64,000 nucleotides of DNA from Myxococcota bacterium (GCA_039030515.1 JBCCEA010000011.1:1-64000), one strand, 5' to 3'. Positions 17,927-28,348 are shown, counted from the first letter of the stretch. The notes: generated from the sequence alone by a model not told the origin. Program-made: numbers and translations.

Positions 17927-20518
17927 TCAATGAGCTTGGACAAGGATTCTTTGCAGCCGGGCCTCTGCCTCGTCGAGTTCATCTGCGTCGATACCTTCCG
18001 AGATCTGGATGGTGCCGTCGCTCTTAGAATCGATTAATCCCTGTTGCTTCATCGACTCAAGTGCACTCCCTAATTTGTGTTTGCTCAGAGACTCTCGGTG
18101 ATCGATCTCTCCAGAAAAGTACATACGCATTCCGAGGTTTAGAGTTTTCGTCATCCACTCCTTACGAAACATGGGCCTCGTGAGGATCTCCGACACGCCA
18201 CGCAATGCAAGTACATAGGCCTCGAAGTACGGTCTAAGCATTGCGGCGTAGAGTTGAATTGGATCTCCGTTTTGCCCTTCGGCAATCCGTACGTGATCGT
18301 CGAGGCACTCGAGTTCGCGTCCTATGAGGCGCTTAAGCGTATGATCGATTCGCTCATCCAGTTCGGCTTCGATTCGCTTTACAGGCTCAAGTCGGATAAA
18401 TGCTGCGAGCTCCGCTGCCCTTTGTCGCACTGCTGAAAGCGGGACTCGATCCTTCCGGCTCATAGTGACCGCTGAGGCGACGAGTGCGTAGGGAACGAAG
18501 AAGTGCAAGATGTTGTTCTTATAATATTCGAGCGTGATCCTCTCTGACTCGGGTAGGGTGAATATGGTTTCTCCCCCTGTCTCGTGAGCTAAAATAAGCG
18601 CTCCATCTGAGAAAAGGCCGATGGCGTCGTCGATCGCCTGGCGGTTCAGAGAGTGTTCATCATGGATCAGTGATTTTGCGATTCGTGCTTCCAACTGATG
18701 AAGTGCCTCCACCAATACATCGCAGATTTCCATGAGTTTACTTCTCGGCATACCTCTGCGGGAGTGTGCAAGAAGGGCGGTTGCCACGAGCGATGCCGGG
18801 GTGACCATGGTTGCCTGGTCGATCTCGCACATGGTTTTGTGACCGAGACTCTGGATCAGCACGCGCCGCTGTTTTGGGGAGAGGGATGTCTCTGGGCCGA
18901 GGATCTCCTGACGCATTTGATGGAAATCAATAATGTTTCCAAACTGCACATAGAGGCGCCCGTAGCGACTTCGAAGCACGTTGGGCGTTTGAAGCAGGCT
19001 ATGGAGATTTTCTTTTCGCTTCTCGCCACCTGAAAGTTCCAGGGCGTAGCTTGTTTGTTCGATAACGCGTTCATAGCTAATCGATATGGGTACAAAGAAT
19101 ACGTTTCGACCGTTCAATAGAAGCGAGGCATCGACTACCATCGAAAGTAAGCCGAACTTAGGAGACATCAGCTGACCACTGCGCGATCGGCTCCCTTCAA
19201 CGAAAAACTCGATAAGAAAACCCTCGACGAGCAGCTTTCGAATGTATGCATCCACCAGTGCCGAATAGAGCCGCTCTCCTCGAAAACTACGTCGAATAAA
19301 GAATGCTCCTCCGCGGCGCAAAAGCGCGCCCAGAGGAAAGAAGCTGAGATTGTCGCCCGCGGCTATTAGAGGTGCAGCGAGCGCGTTGCTGTAGAGGACG
19401 TAGCTCAGCACGAGATAGTCCACGTGGCTCTTATGACTTGGGAGAAGCACGACGGCTCCCGAACGTGCTGCGGTTCTTAGTTTTTCAAGGCCCTGCAGGT
19501 CGATGACGATGCCGTCGTACATTCGATTCCACACCCAATCAAAGAATCGTTGCGCGAATCCCAATAGATGAGGGTTCTGATCAGCGCACAGCTTGCTCAG
19601 GGTGGCTTCTGTAAGGAGCTCGGTTTGCTTTTGTGTTTTCTTCTCTGCGCGAGCATGTGCTCTCATGGCTTTGCGAACCCGGGGGCTGCGCAGCAGTTCT
19701 TCCTTAATGCGTCCAACCGTTTTCTTTGTGGGTCCAAGCACTACGGTACGTTCCCGTTCCATCCTGCGGAGCAGGGCGTAACGCACCCGGTCGGCAATGC
19801 GGCCATCGTCCAGGTCTTTATGTTCCAGGACGAAATCTTTCAGGTTGAAGGGAGAGCCCGATCTCAGAACCGCATTGCGGTAGTTCAAAGCGAACTGCAA
19901 TAGAACTCGAACTCTTCCGGGCCATTCCACCGGGCCGAAGATGAGGTCGAAGATACTGGCTTCGCGCCTTGGCGGCAGCTTGCTCCACACGATGGTCTGA
20001 GGAACCAAGAGAATCGGTTTTTCAAGCGTTCGTTGCGTTTCGACGAGAGTACGGATGAGATCGACGTCGAGTTCGCCCCCCTTCCTCACCGGACTTCCGA
20101 GGCGTGGCGGCTGGCGTAGAAAGAGCAAAGCACTGCAGTTCTCTTCCACAACGGAACGTAGCGATGCCTCCTCGGGTGGTTGTCTTTTCAAGCGAAGGCG
20201 TCTCCCGCCCTTTCCCATTGGCTCCAAGATCCACAAACCCAGATCATTTACAAAACGAACCAGAGGGAGGTTCATCTGCTTCAGCAGAAAATCCAAACAA
20301 AGGAAATCGAGAAAGGAGATCGAGCGCATCACGTAGACGACGGTGCCCTTGTCTGCCGCCGACTGAACGACTCCTTTCCACTGCTGATCGATTCGGATGT
20401 GCTGAAAAAACCGACGATAGAGCCATCGAAGTGCGGCGTTCGGACGGTAGATCTCTCCTGGCTTTGGAGTTCGAGGTCGCGCCTGGTGTTGGCTTCGGTT
20501 TGCGGCGGCTGGACTCAT
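17927..20518 (-). CDS. plsB: Glycerol-3-phosphate acyltransferase
   Basis: PSHKSHVDYL (HX4D), AAGDNL, GGAFFIRR, FFVEGSRSRSG, YYKNNILHFF. Confidence 0.93.
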   Translation of the reverse strand: MSPAAANRSQHQARPRTPKPGEIYRPNAALRWLYRRFFQHIRIDQQWKGVVQSAADKGTVVYVMRSISFLDFLCLDFLLKQMNLPLVRFVNDLGLWILEPMGKGGRRLRLKRQPPEEASLRSVVEENCSALLFLRQPPRLGSPVRKGGELDVDLIRTLVETQRTLEKPILLVPQTIVWSKLPPRREASIFDLIFGPVEWPGRVRVLLQFALNYRNAVLRSGSPFNLKDFVLEHKDLDDGRIADRVRYALLRRMERERTVVLGPTKKTVGRIKEELLRSPRVRKAMRAHARAEKKTQKQTELLTEATLSKLCADQNPHLLGFAQRFFDWVWNRMYDGIVIDLQGLEKLRTAARSGAVVLLPSHKSHVDYLVLSYVLYSNALAAPLIAAGDNLSFFPLGALLRRGGAFFIRRSFRGERLYSALVDAYIRKLLVEGFLIEFFVEGSRSRSGQLMSPKFGLLSMVVDASLLLNGRNVFFVPISISYERVIEQTSYALELSGGEKRKENLHSLLQTPNVLRSRYGRLYVQFGNIIDFHQMRQEILGPETSLSPKQRRVLIQSLGHKTMCEIDQATMVTPASLVATALLAHSRRGMPRSKLMEICDVLVEALHQLEARIAKSLIHDEHSLNRQAIDDAIGLFSDGALILAHETGGETIFTLPESERITLEYYKNNILHFFVPYALVASAVTMSRKDRVPLSAVRQRAAELAAFIRLEPVKRIEAELDERIDHTLKRLIGRELECLDDHVRIAEGQNGDPIQLYAAMLRPYFEAYVLALRGVSEILTRPMFRKEWMTKTLNLGMRMYFSGEIDHRESLSKHKLGSALESMKQQGLIDSKSDGTIQISEGIDADELDEAEARLQRILVQAH

Positions 20519-20595
20519 GATTGAATCGAAACTTCGCTGGGTTTAAGGGTCGTCCGTGACTTCTACGTGTTGCATGCATCACGATAAGCTACGAC

Positions 20596-20624
20596 TTGAC
20601 TCCGCTATTCGGAGCGACTATCCC
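20596..20624 (+). promoter_or_regulatory. Candidate sigma70-type promoter for rplM-rpsI
   Basis: TTGACT-N17-TATCCC. Confidence 0.45.
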
Positions 20625-20680
20625 TCCGCTCCTTCCGAAGGATGGCACAGATGCCGCCCTGCAACCCGAGGTTTCGAACC

Positions 20681-21112
20681 ATGCGCACAAAGCGCGCCAA
20701 AGAATCGAATATTAAACGTCGCTGGTGGGTCGTTGACGCTGAAGGTATTCCTTTGGGCCGTCTCGCGTCGAATATCGCGAAGATATTGTCAGGCAAGCAT
20801 CGACCTGATTTTACTCCGGAGGCCGACACTGGAGACTTCGTCGTCGTTATCAATGCGGGCGCGCTCGTGCTCACCGGACGGAAGGCGAAACTTAAAATGT
20901 GGAGGAGGCATTCTGGTATCCCCGGGGGATACAAAGAAACACCTTACGGAGAGCTACTGCAAAAAGACCCGAAGTTCGTGATCGAAAAAGCAGTAAAAGG
21001 CATGCTTCCTAAGGGGAGTCTTGGGCGCCGCAAGCGATCCAAACTCAAAGTCTACGCTACCTCAACCCACCCGCACTCAGCTCAAAAGCCCGAGGCGCTT
21101 TCCATTCATTAG
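20681..21112 (+). CDS. rplM: 50S ribosomal protein L13
   Basis: RRWWVVDAEG..LGRLAS, GKHRPDFTP..DTGDFVVVINA, AVKGMLPK, HPHSAQKP. Confidence 0.98.
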   Translation: MRTKRAKESNIKRRWWVVDAEGIPLGRLASNIAKILSGKHRPDFTPEADTGDFVVVINAGALVLTGRKAKLKMWRRHSGIPGGYKETPYGELLQKDPKFVIEKAVKGMLPKGSLGRRKRSKLKVYATSTHPHSAQKPEALSIH

Positions 21113-21233
21113 CACGCCATCCACAAGGCAACACGAGAGCCACTTAGCAGACCAGGGGATGTTCAAGGAACACCCGGGCACTCTGAGAAGTTAGGCACCC
21201 CGAGAAGTTAAAAGACAGTAGGTAAATGCGTTC

Positions 21234-21635
21234 ATGACCCGAATGATCCACGGCCGATACTACGGCACCGGTAAACGAAAAAACGCCATTGCGCGCGTGT
21301 TCCTCAAGCCCGGCAACGGGGAAGTCGAAGTCAACGGGCGAACGTTTGAGGATTACTTCCCACGTGATGTTCTGAGGCTCGTCGCGTCTCAGGCATTTGA
21401 GGTTGTCGGCAAGCCAGGGCAGTTCGACGTGCGGGTCAACGTTTCAGGCGGAGGAATCGCAGCTCAAGCTCAGGCAATCCGACATGGCATTTCCCGTGCA
21501 CTTCTAGGAATCGATCCGAAGTTTCGAACGCTACTTAAGAGAGCCGGATTGCTTACCCGAGACGCTAGAAAGAAAGAACGTAAGAAGCCAGGGCAACCCG
21601 GGGCTCGCAAAAAGTTTCAGTACAGCAAACGTTGA
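21234..21635 (+). CDS. rpsI: 30S ribosomal protein S9
   Basis: YYGTGKRKNAIARV, GGGIAAQAQAIRHGISRAL, ERKKPGQPGARKKFQYSKR. Confidence 0.99.
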   Translation: MTRMIHGRYYGTGKRKNAIARVFLKPGNGEVEVNGRTFEDYFPRDVLRLVASQAFEVVGKPGQFDVRVNVSGGGIAAQAQAIRHGISRALLGIDPKFRTLLKRAGLLTRDARKKERKKPGQPGARKKFQYSKR

Positions 21636-21688
21636 TCTGCTTCTCGAAATGCCTTTGCGGCTCGGCTTGGTTATAGGGAGCGCCTGAG

Positions 21689-22771
21689 GTGAGCCACACG
21701 GAATCTCCCACGCGAGCCTCTCCCTCCTCCAACGTCCGAGCCGCGGTAGTCGGAGCGACAGGATATACCGGGGCCGAGATGCTTCGGATTCTCTATCAGC
21801 ACCCGAGAGTCCGACTCGGCTCGGTGTGCGGTCATAGTAAGGCGGGACTTCGAGTCGCCGACGTGCTTCCCCACTTTGCTGGAATACTTGATCAGGAAAT
21901 CGAGTCCATCGATGCGCAGCGACTTGCTCGTGAGCATGACGCGATCTTTTGCTGTCTTCCTCATGGAGCCGGTGCGCAGTTGGTTGCAGATTTGCACGCT
22001 TCAGGGAGAACCGTATTCGATCTATCTGCAGACTTCAGGCTCCGTGACACCTCGGTCTATCGCAACTGGTACGGGGATCACCCTGCAAGCGCGCTTGTTC
22101 CTCAAGCGACCTATGGTCTGGTTGAGCTGTACCGTGAGCGACTCCGCTCTGCTCAATTGGTAGCCGTACCCGGTTGTTATCCTACCGCTGCCATAGTCGG
22201 ACTGGCACCGCTTTTGGATGCCGGTTTGATAAAGCCCCTGGACATCGTCATCGACGCCAAAAGCGGTGCTTCCGGAGCTGGTAGAACTCTGCGAGAAGGG
22301 TCTTTATTCGCAGAGGTTGATTCCGGAATACGCAGTTACAAATTGGCGGGAACTCATCGTCATACCCCCGAAATCGAACAAGCCTTGTCGGATATCGCTC
22401 AGGAGCGAGTTACCGTCACCTTCAGTCCTCATTTGACTCCAATGACTCGAGGTATTCTCTCTACCTCTTACGCACTCTGGTCGAAGGAGATCACTGCTGA
22501 CCTATGCACTGAAGCTGCAAGATCGTTCTACGCTGACGCTCCTCTTATTACGGTGCTCGATCCGGAAAAACATCCCGATACCAACTCGGTGAGGGGCACC
22601 AGCCGAAGCATGGTCTCTTACCACGTCGATAAGAGAGTGGGACGCGTAGTTACCGTAGCGTCGATCGACAATCTATTGAAGGGAGCCGCAAGTCAGGCGT
22701 TGCAGGCGTTCAATGTGCGGTTTGGCTTTCCGGAAGAATATGGACTAACTTCGCTAGGCCCATGGCCGTGA
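21689..22771 (+). CDS. argC: N-acetyl-gamma-glutamyl-phosphate reductase
   Basis: VGATGYTGAE, LPHG, DLSADFRL, VPGCYPT, SGASGAGR, HRHTPEI, IDNLLKGAASQA. Confidence 0.97.
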   Translation: MSHTESPTRASPSSNVRAAVVGATGYTGAEMLRILYQHPRVRLGSVCGHSKAGLRVADVLPHFAGILDQEIESIDAQRLAREHDAIFCCLPHGAGAQLVADLHASGRTVFDLSADFRLRDTSVYRNWYGDHPASALVPQATYGLVELYRERLRSAQLVAVPGCYPTAAIVGLAPLLDAGLIKPLDIVIDAKSGASGAGRTLREGSLFAEVDSGIRSYKLAGTHRHTPEIEQALSDIAQERVTVTFSPHLTPMTRGILSTSYALWSKEITADLCTEAARSFYADAPLITVLDPEKHPDTNSVRGTSRSMVSYHVDKRVGRVVTVASIDNLLKGAASQALQAFNVRFGFPEEYGLTSLGPWP

Positions 22772-23679
22772 CGCGCATCCTACACGTCAGCGATACCCAC
22801 ACCGCCGTCCCAACACGCGAGCTTCCGCTGCGTGAAATGGTGAACAAGCGCCTGCTCGGTCTTGGGCATCTGGTCGTTCGAAGGAGTCGCAAGTTCGCCG
22901 AGTCTGATAAGAAGATAAGGAAAATGGCGGACTTTGCTAAGGACACGCTGCAAGCGGATGCCGTGATCCACACCGGAGATTTTACGGCGCTTGGGACAGA
23001 AGAAGAAATGCGAGCGGCTCGTGAGGCGATGCAATGCTTTGACACAGTTCGACTCGGACTGACGGTAGTCCCTGGGAATCACGATATTTATCTCAGTGAT
23101 TCTTCGTATGATTCCTTCGAACTTGAGTTTGCCCGCTATCTTGTAGGCGATTTGAAAGATGCGCCGGTCGAAGGTCCTTTTCCATTCGTACGTTTTCTCG
23201 ACAGCACCACTGCGGTTGTCATGGTGAACAGCGCACGGCCCAATCCTCAGCCCTGGCGATCGAGCGGGCGTATTTCTGACACTCAACTCAAGCGTCTCGA
23301 AGAACTCCTAGAGCTGGAAGAGGTGCGTCGCCGCTTTGTGATCGTTGGAACGCACTACGCGCCAAGACTTGAAAGTGGCCGTCCGGATTCTATCAATCAC
23401 GGACTCGAGAATGCCGATGATTTTCTAGGCGTTTGTCGCCGGATTTCTTTTGGCGCACTCGTTTTTGGTCATGTGCACCGGTGCTATGTCGTTTCAGTGC
23501 CGTCGTTGAACGCGCCTCTTTTTTGCGCAGGGAGTGCGGTTCATGACGGTCACGAAGGCTTCTGGTGCTTTGATGTAGGATCGAAGAGAGCTTCCGCGCG
23601 CTCTGGGTTTTGGAACGGGAACGCTTATCAACTCAGTGAAAGAGTCACGTATATCGAACCCGCAGTTCCCTCGGACTAA
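22762..23679 (+). CDS. Calcineurin-like metallophosphoesterase
   Basis: HVSDTH, TGDFT, PGNHD, THY, FGHVH. Confidence 0.9.
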   Translation: MAVTRILHVSDTHTAVPTRELPLREMVNKRLLGLGHLVVRRSRKFAESDKKIRKMADFAKDTLQADAVIHTGDFTALGTEEEMRAAREAMQCFDTVRLGLTVVPGNHDIYLSDSSYDSFELEFARYLVGDLKDAPVEGPFPFVRFLDSTTAVVMVNSARPNPQPWRSSGRISDTQLKRLEELLELEEVRRRFVIVGTHYAPRLESGRPDSINHGLENADDFLGVCRRISFGALVFGHVHRCYVVSVPSLNAPLFCAGSAVHDGHEGFWCFDVGSKRASARSGFWNGNAYQLSERVTYIEPAVPSD

Positions 23680-23708
23680 AGAAGCTCTACCTGCTCTCCA
23701 TGCCGTAC

Positions 23709-24146
23709 CTAGGAGCTCATGGCCGCTTCTGTTGCTCGTGAGCTCTCGAGCTCTGGACGCATTTCGGCTTCAGAAGGCTCTTTGAGGTAAGCCACCGTGC
23801 GAACCAGCTCGACGAGCTGTTCTCGTATTGCTGGTGTCAATTTCTCGAAGCGGACGCCCATGCCCGGATTGAGATTGTCCCCGTCGGGACGAAACGGATT
23901 GATCCACGCTACGGTCCCCTCAACCACCAATGTAGATTCGAATCCAGCAGAAAAACGAAGGGTCAGCAAAGATCCCACTTCCAGAGGTGAGTCGGTGCGA
24001 ATGAAGATGCCCATTTCACTGATGTTCGTCATGTATGAAAACAGAAAGTTTTCTCCGCAGGTGTACTCGACTTCTACCGAGGTCTCGAAACGCGCTGCGC
24101 GTCGTTTCTCGCTGAAGTCCTGAGCCTCATCGCCAACCATATCCAT
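23709..24146 (-). CDS. Stand-alone TIGR02266/PilZ domain protein
   Basis: KRRAARF, ENFLFSYMTNISEMGIFI, GTVAWIN, PGMGVRF. Confidence 0.88.
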   Translation of the reverse strand: MDMVGDEAQDFSEKRRAARFETSVEVEYTCGENFLFSYMTNISEMGIFIRTDSPLEVGSLLTLRFSAGFESTLVVEGTVAWINPFRPDGDNLNPGMGVRFEKLTPAIREQLVELVRTVAYLKEPSEAEMRPELESSRATEAAMSS

Positions 24147-24150
24147 CCCC

Positions 24151-26568
24151 CTAACGCACGCGAACTGTTCCAGGCATCGCTCTGTCGGCACCGTCTCTGG
24201 GTCCTTCGGTCACCTTCAAACGAGTATCCCCGCTGAAGAATCCTACAAATAACGTATAAGTACCAGTACGATAGTTGCCTGGAATCGTCAGGGTCTGTCG
24301 GTCAACGATGATATCGTCCTTGTCCCAAAGGCGTAACGGGTAATTTCCATCAACCGGTACATGATCGCCGTTCAGTCGATGGCCCTGCCCGTCGAGATGC
24401 AAGAAGACTTTGTAACTACCCGGCATCTGCGAAAGTGCCTTCCAGTACCAAGTAACCGTGAATGACTCACCTGGCCCTACATGACGAGGATGAGGTAGTT
24501 CAAGATCGTATCCAAGTAGCGCAACGCGACCCTCAAACACGATATTGGTCCGATGTACCGGTTCGGGTTCGTCCCGAAGCACGTGCGCTGCAAGAAAGTT
24601 TTCGTTGTTTCTTCCATCGATCGGCTGGTTGGTGATCAAAGTGTCGCGAGTGTCTCGGCCGTAGGCCACAAATAGATGCTCACCCGTTTCTTTTCGGTAG
24701 AGACGGTTGATCGCTGGCAGCTCTTTTGTGGGTAGGATCGCCCAGCGTCGTTGTCCTTCCTGCAGATAGTCGATGAGATGTGACTGATGTTCGAGTGACC
24801 TTTGTGTTCCTCGAGCATAGTAGGCAGCGGCGCGAGTTCCGACGCGATACTCACCCAGCTCGGCCTCTTCGCCTGCCAACTCATTAAATGCGTCGTACGC
24901 CTCTTGAGGAGATAAGTAGGCTGAAAGGTTTGGAACATAGCTATGCGCCGTGAATATCGAAATCAGCATTCCCGCAAAGATCATCGGTATCGCGCGGTGA
25001 TGAACCAGCTTGGATGCCAGGAAGAGAAAAAGCGCTCCTCCGGCCAGTGCCAGGGGTAGCATCGCTGGGATCGCACCGAGTCTTATGCCCCACCTCACGA
25101 TAATGGAAGTGAGCGGCAAGGAGTCACCAAAGGAGATGCACATCAAACTGAATAAGAACAGCGCAGCGTTCAGAAGTGCAGTGAACACGATCCACGTTCG
25201 AAATGACCAGCCCAGTTTCCAGCGGCTTGCAATGAACCGATAGGGTCTGCTGAGGTCGAACCTCCCTGCAGAGTTGAGTTGGCTACCGCCCATTCCCAGC
25301 GCGACACACGCCGCGAAGAGCATAAGCATCGCCACCCAAGCTCCACTCGGTTTGAAGCCACCGGGAATAGAGAGTTCGCGTATCGCAAGTGCGCTTGCGG
25401 GAGATTCCGGATAGAGCGCGTAGTCTCTGACCAAGAGTCCGACAAGCAAGAGGATCACGGTGGCACTCATCCATTGAGCGCTATCTCGACGTTCTAGATC
25501 TCGCAGCAGAATCGCGACCATCGCTGCAGCCCCTGCGACGGCGGGGAACGTCGCCGTGCCGTAGCGTGACGAGAAGAGGGTGACTGCCCCGTAACTGAGC
25601 GCGATCCACAACAATAGGGACAGCCGTAGCGCATCGCTTCGATCTAGTGTTTCGCAAGCTGTGGAATTGTACTCAGAGGCTGAATTCGGAACCGTGCCGA
25701 GATTTCGAAAAGTAAAATGCCCGGCTCCAAGAACAAGCAGGGCGCTCCATGGAGCAAAACCATGAAAAAGCTGTTCCATAGATACGTCAAAAGACGGAGG
25801 AGCGTCGCCAATGGGTTTGCCGCCAAGGACATGCGAATACTCCGCTGCATCTGCGAAGATGGCTTGGACTACAAGCACAACGGCGACTGTGCTGACTGCC
25901 AGCACGGAGACGGTGGAACACAGTTTGAAGCGATCGTCGTGACGGAATAGGGCCCCATCCATCAAAGTGACGAGGCCTACAGCAAGAACTGGGGGAGCTA
26001 TCGCCAGCAGGATGCCTCGACCGAACAATGCGAGCACGAGTGCAGTCATCCAGAGGAGGTATGTGCTCGCGAATTGAAACCACTTTGATGCTGCAGGTTT
26101 GATCGACTCCACCGCATCGACGTCGAATTCACGCAGCGGATAAACTAGATAAAACGATGCAAAGAAGACGAGTGTGGAGAATGCAAATGAGGGAGCGTCT
26201 CCTAGTAGTTGCCGCGAGTTCATCAAGAAAAGGGGGCTTGAAGCGGCGATGAGTACCGCATAAGTCGCAACTCTCGTCCCCCCGTCGACTCGCAGGCCAG
26301 CGTAAAGCACGATGAGGCAAAATAGCCCGCAAAGGGCGATTGGAAGCCGACCGGACCAGTTGTGCACGCCAAAGAGCTCAAACCCCGCAGATATGATCCA
26401 AGTCGCTAGCGGTGGTCTTTGATGTCCGTCTGCGGTCAGCTTTGAAAGCGCACGGGCTTCATCTGCTACGGAGAGCTCCCAGGGATCCCACAAACCAAAC
26501 GATGCGAGGCCCAGCAAAACGATAGAAGCGATGAGCGAGGAAATACCGATGCCCGAGAGCCATCGCAT
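24151..26568 (-). CDS. ArnT/PMT-like GT-C integral membrane glycosyltransferase with C-terminal soluble domain
   Basis: GLWDPWE, RPPLATW, FGVHNWSGRLP, many TM segments; C-terminal beta-rich domain LLGYDL..PGESFTVTWYW..YKVFLHLD; RBS gaggtg before MRWLSG. Confidence 0.78.
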   Translation of the reverse strand: MRWLSGIGISSLIASIVLLGLASFGLWDPWELSVADEARALSKLTADGHQRPPLATWIISAGFELFGVHNWSGRLPIALCGLFCLIVLYAGLRVDGGTRVATYAVLIAASSPLFLMNSRQLLGDAPSFAFSTLVFFASFYLVYPLREFDVDAVESIKPAASKWFQFASTYLLWMTALVLALFGRGILLAIAPPVLAVGLVTLMDGALFRHDDRFKLCSTVSVLAVSTVAVVLVVQAIFADAAEYSHVLGGKPIGDAPPSFDVSMEQLFHGFAPWSALLVLGAGHFTFRNLGTVPNSASEYNSTACETLDRSDALRLSLLLWIALSYGAVTLFSSRYGTATFPAVAGAAAMVAILLRDLERRDSAQWMSATVILLLVGLLVRDYALYPESPASALAIRELSIPGGFKPSGAWVAMLMLFAACVALGMGGSQLNSAGRFDLSRPYRFIASRWKLGWSFRTWIVFTALLNAALFLFSLMCISFGDSLPLTSIIVRWGIRLGAIPAMLPLALAGGALFLFLASKLVHHRAIPMIFAGMLISIFTAHSYVPNLSAYLSPQEAYDAFNELAGEEAELGEYRVGTRAAAYYARGTQRSLEHQSHLIDYLQEGQRRWAILPTKELPAINRLYRKETGEHLFVAYGRDTRDTLITNQPIDGRNNENFLAAHVLRDEPEPVHRTNIVFEGRVALLGYDLELPHPRHVGPGESFTVTWYWKALSQMPGSYKVFLHLDGQGHRLNGDHVPVDGNYPLRLWDKDDIIVDRQTLTIPGNYRTGTYTLFVGFFSGDTRLKVTEGPRDGADRAMPGTVRVR

Positions 26569-26848
26569 GGCACCTCGCTTTGAACTGCCGGAATGCAAGT
26601 TGCTGAATTGCATTGATCTCATCTTGTGTACCCGGTGTACCCGCGCTCAGTCCCTACGAAGTCGCTTGTGGCCTCTCCGTACCTTTACTCGGCTGGGTCC
26701 GGTGCTCGGGGTGGCTTCTCCGTGCCTCTAGTATGCGTCTCGCCCTTGCGAGAAATCTGTTCGGCCGTTTGAGAAAAGCTTAGTACACGCATTAGAGGTG
26801 TCTACTTCGAGGAGTTCGGAGCGTGCCTGATAGTGCGCGAGAATTGGG

Positions 26849-28348
26849 CTAACGTTCGGCAACGGGCACTTCGATGCGCTTCAATCGGGTCATAACACGC
26901 CGCACATGCCTCCTATATCTCGGCAAAGCAGCGGAGGGCATCGTCTGTCCAGGGCCGTTCAACTCGGTGAGTGGGTCGATGAAGGTACCATTCAGTTTGA
27001 GACCGAAGTGTAGGTGAGGGCCTGTCGATCTGCCGGTCGAACCGACTTGGCCGATTTGCTGGCGTTGCTCCACCCGATCGCCTCGTTCAACGTGGATGCG
27101 GTGCAAGTGCGCGTAGAAGCTCTCGTATCCTCCTTCGTGACGAATGGCTACTAGCTTCCCGTTGGGCCCCTTTGGGCCCGCCCAGGTAACGACACCCATA
27201 GCTGCAGCCCAAACTGGTGTCCCGGTGTCCGCCGCGAAGTCGATTCCGTTATGTGGCACCACCCGTCTCAAGATCGGATGCATCCTCTGAGGGTCGAACA
27301 AGGATGAAACTCTTTGATAGCGGCAAGGAGACCTGAGCCATCCGCCATGGACGCTTCTTCCGGATTCATCGTAAAAGTCTGGAGAATTGGAGAGCGGAGC
27401 GTACCAGTAGACGTGCAACACACCGGTGCGGGAACCGGAATATTCAATAGCCTCGATCTGGCCATATCTCAGAAACTCCTGCTCGAGTCGTTCTTCGGTG
27501 AGAAGGATTCGAAAAGTGTCTCCTTCACGCGTGTCGGTAGAAAAGTCGATTCGATTTTCGAACGCCTCGATAAATCGGCTGACGAGACTGCGACGAAGAC
27601 CAATCCTCCGAAGTCCGTCACCAAGCGAGGTCATGATCACGCCGCCCCGAGCCAGTGCCACGCGTTCAATAGGTCTATCGATGCGCCTGGTCTCGAGACG
27701 TCCCGCCCGGTTGCGGTGGACCTGGACGAAACTCGTCGTGTTGTCGTGGTACTCGAACTTCTCTACCGCTCCGTTATCGCCTCGCTCTACTACAATCTCG
27801 TGCTCGGGTCGGCAGCGGCGAAAGTCCAAGGCATTGCGAACAGCGTCTTCGATTTCCTGGCATTCCGCTCGACTCAATCCCGCTCGCTGCAGCGCCGGGC
27901 GAAAACCGTTTGCCTTACCGAATTTCAAAACTACGCGACGCGAGGCTTCGGGGAGGCGAGCAGGTTCGACATCTGAGGGTTCAGCCGTCACCTCGTTTTG
28001 GGCCTCCGTGACGGCATTGATGCCCTTGGGATCTGTCGGTTCCGAATCGCGGCTCTCTGCTGTCTGCAAAGCCGCAACTTCCGGGAGTGTGTCTGCGCCC
28101 GCATCCGAAGTGACGCTGCCTTGGTTAGCGGAATCCACCGGTCGACGCGGTTTCGAGACCTCCCAAAAACCTAGGCTGTGCGTCGCGACCCACAAGATGA
28201 TGCCGGTCGCGCATGATGTTGAGCCCAGCGTGAGCAGGACACCTCGTCGCAGCCGTATCGCTCGCCGATTTTCGCGCAATAGCGGAGCCTCGACTGAAGG
28301 AAGCGGTCTTTGAAGAGGATCACGTTCTGTGGTGCCTTCCTGCGACAC
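26849..28348 (-). CDS. M23 family peptidoglycan endopeptidase (MepM-like)
   Basis: N-terminal TM anchor; RMHPIL, HNGIDFAA, YAHL, STGRSTGPHLHF. Confidence 0.92.
   Translation of the reverse strand: MSQEGTTERDPLQRPLPSVEAPLLRENRRAIRLRRGVLLTLGSTSCATGIILWVATHSLGFWEVSKPRRPVDSANQGSVTSDAGADTLPEVAALQTAESRDSEPTDPKGINAVTEAQNEVTAEPSDVEPARLPEASRRVVLKFGKANGFRPALQRAGLSRAECQEIEDAVRNALDFRRCRPEHEIVVERGDNGAVEKFEYHDNTTSFVQVHRNRAGRLETRRIDRPIERVALARGGVIMTSLGDGLRRIGLRRSLVSRFIEAFENRIDFSTDTREGDTFRILLTEERLEQEFLRYGQIEAIEYSGSRTGVLHVYWYAPLSNSPDFYDESGRSVHGGWLRSPCRYQRVSSLFDPQRMHPILRRVVPHNGIDFAADTGTPVWAAAMGVVTWAGPKGPNGKLVAIRHEGGYESFYAHLHRIHVERGDRVEQRQQIGQVGSTGRSTGPHLHFGLKLNGTFIDPLTELNGPGQTMPSAALPRYRRHVRRVMTRLKRIEVPVAER

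Noticed and set aside
27426..28313. 295-aa plus-strand ORF
   Set aside because: It is the antisense shadow of the M23 peptidase, Ser/Arg-rich and without motifs.
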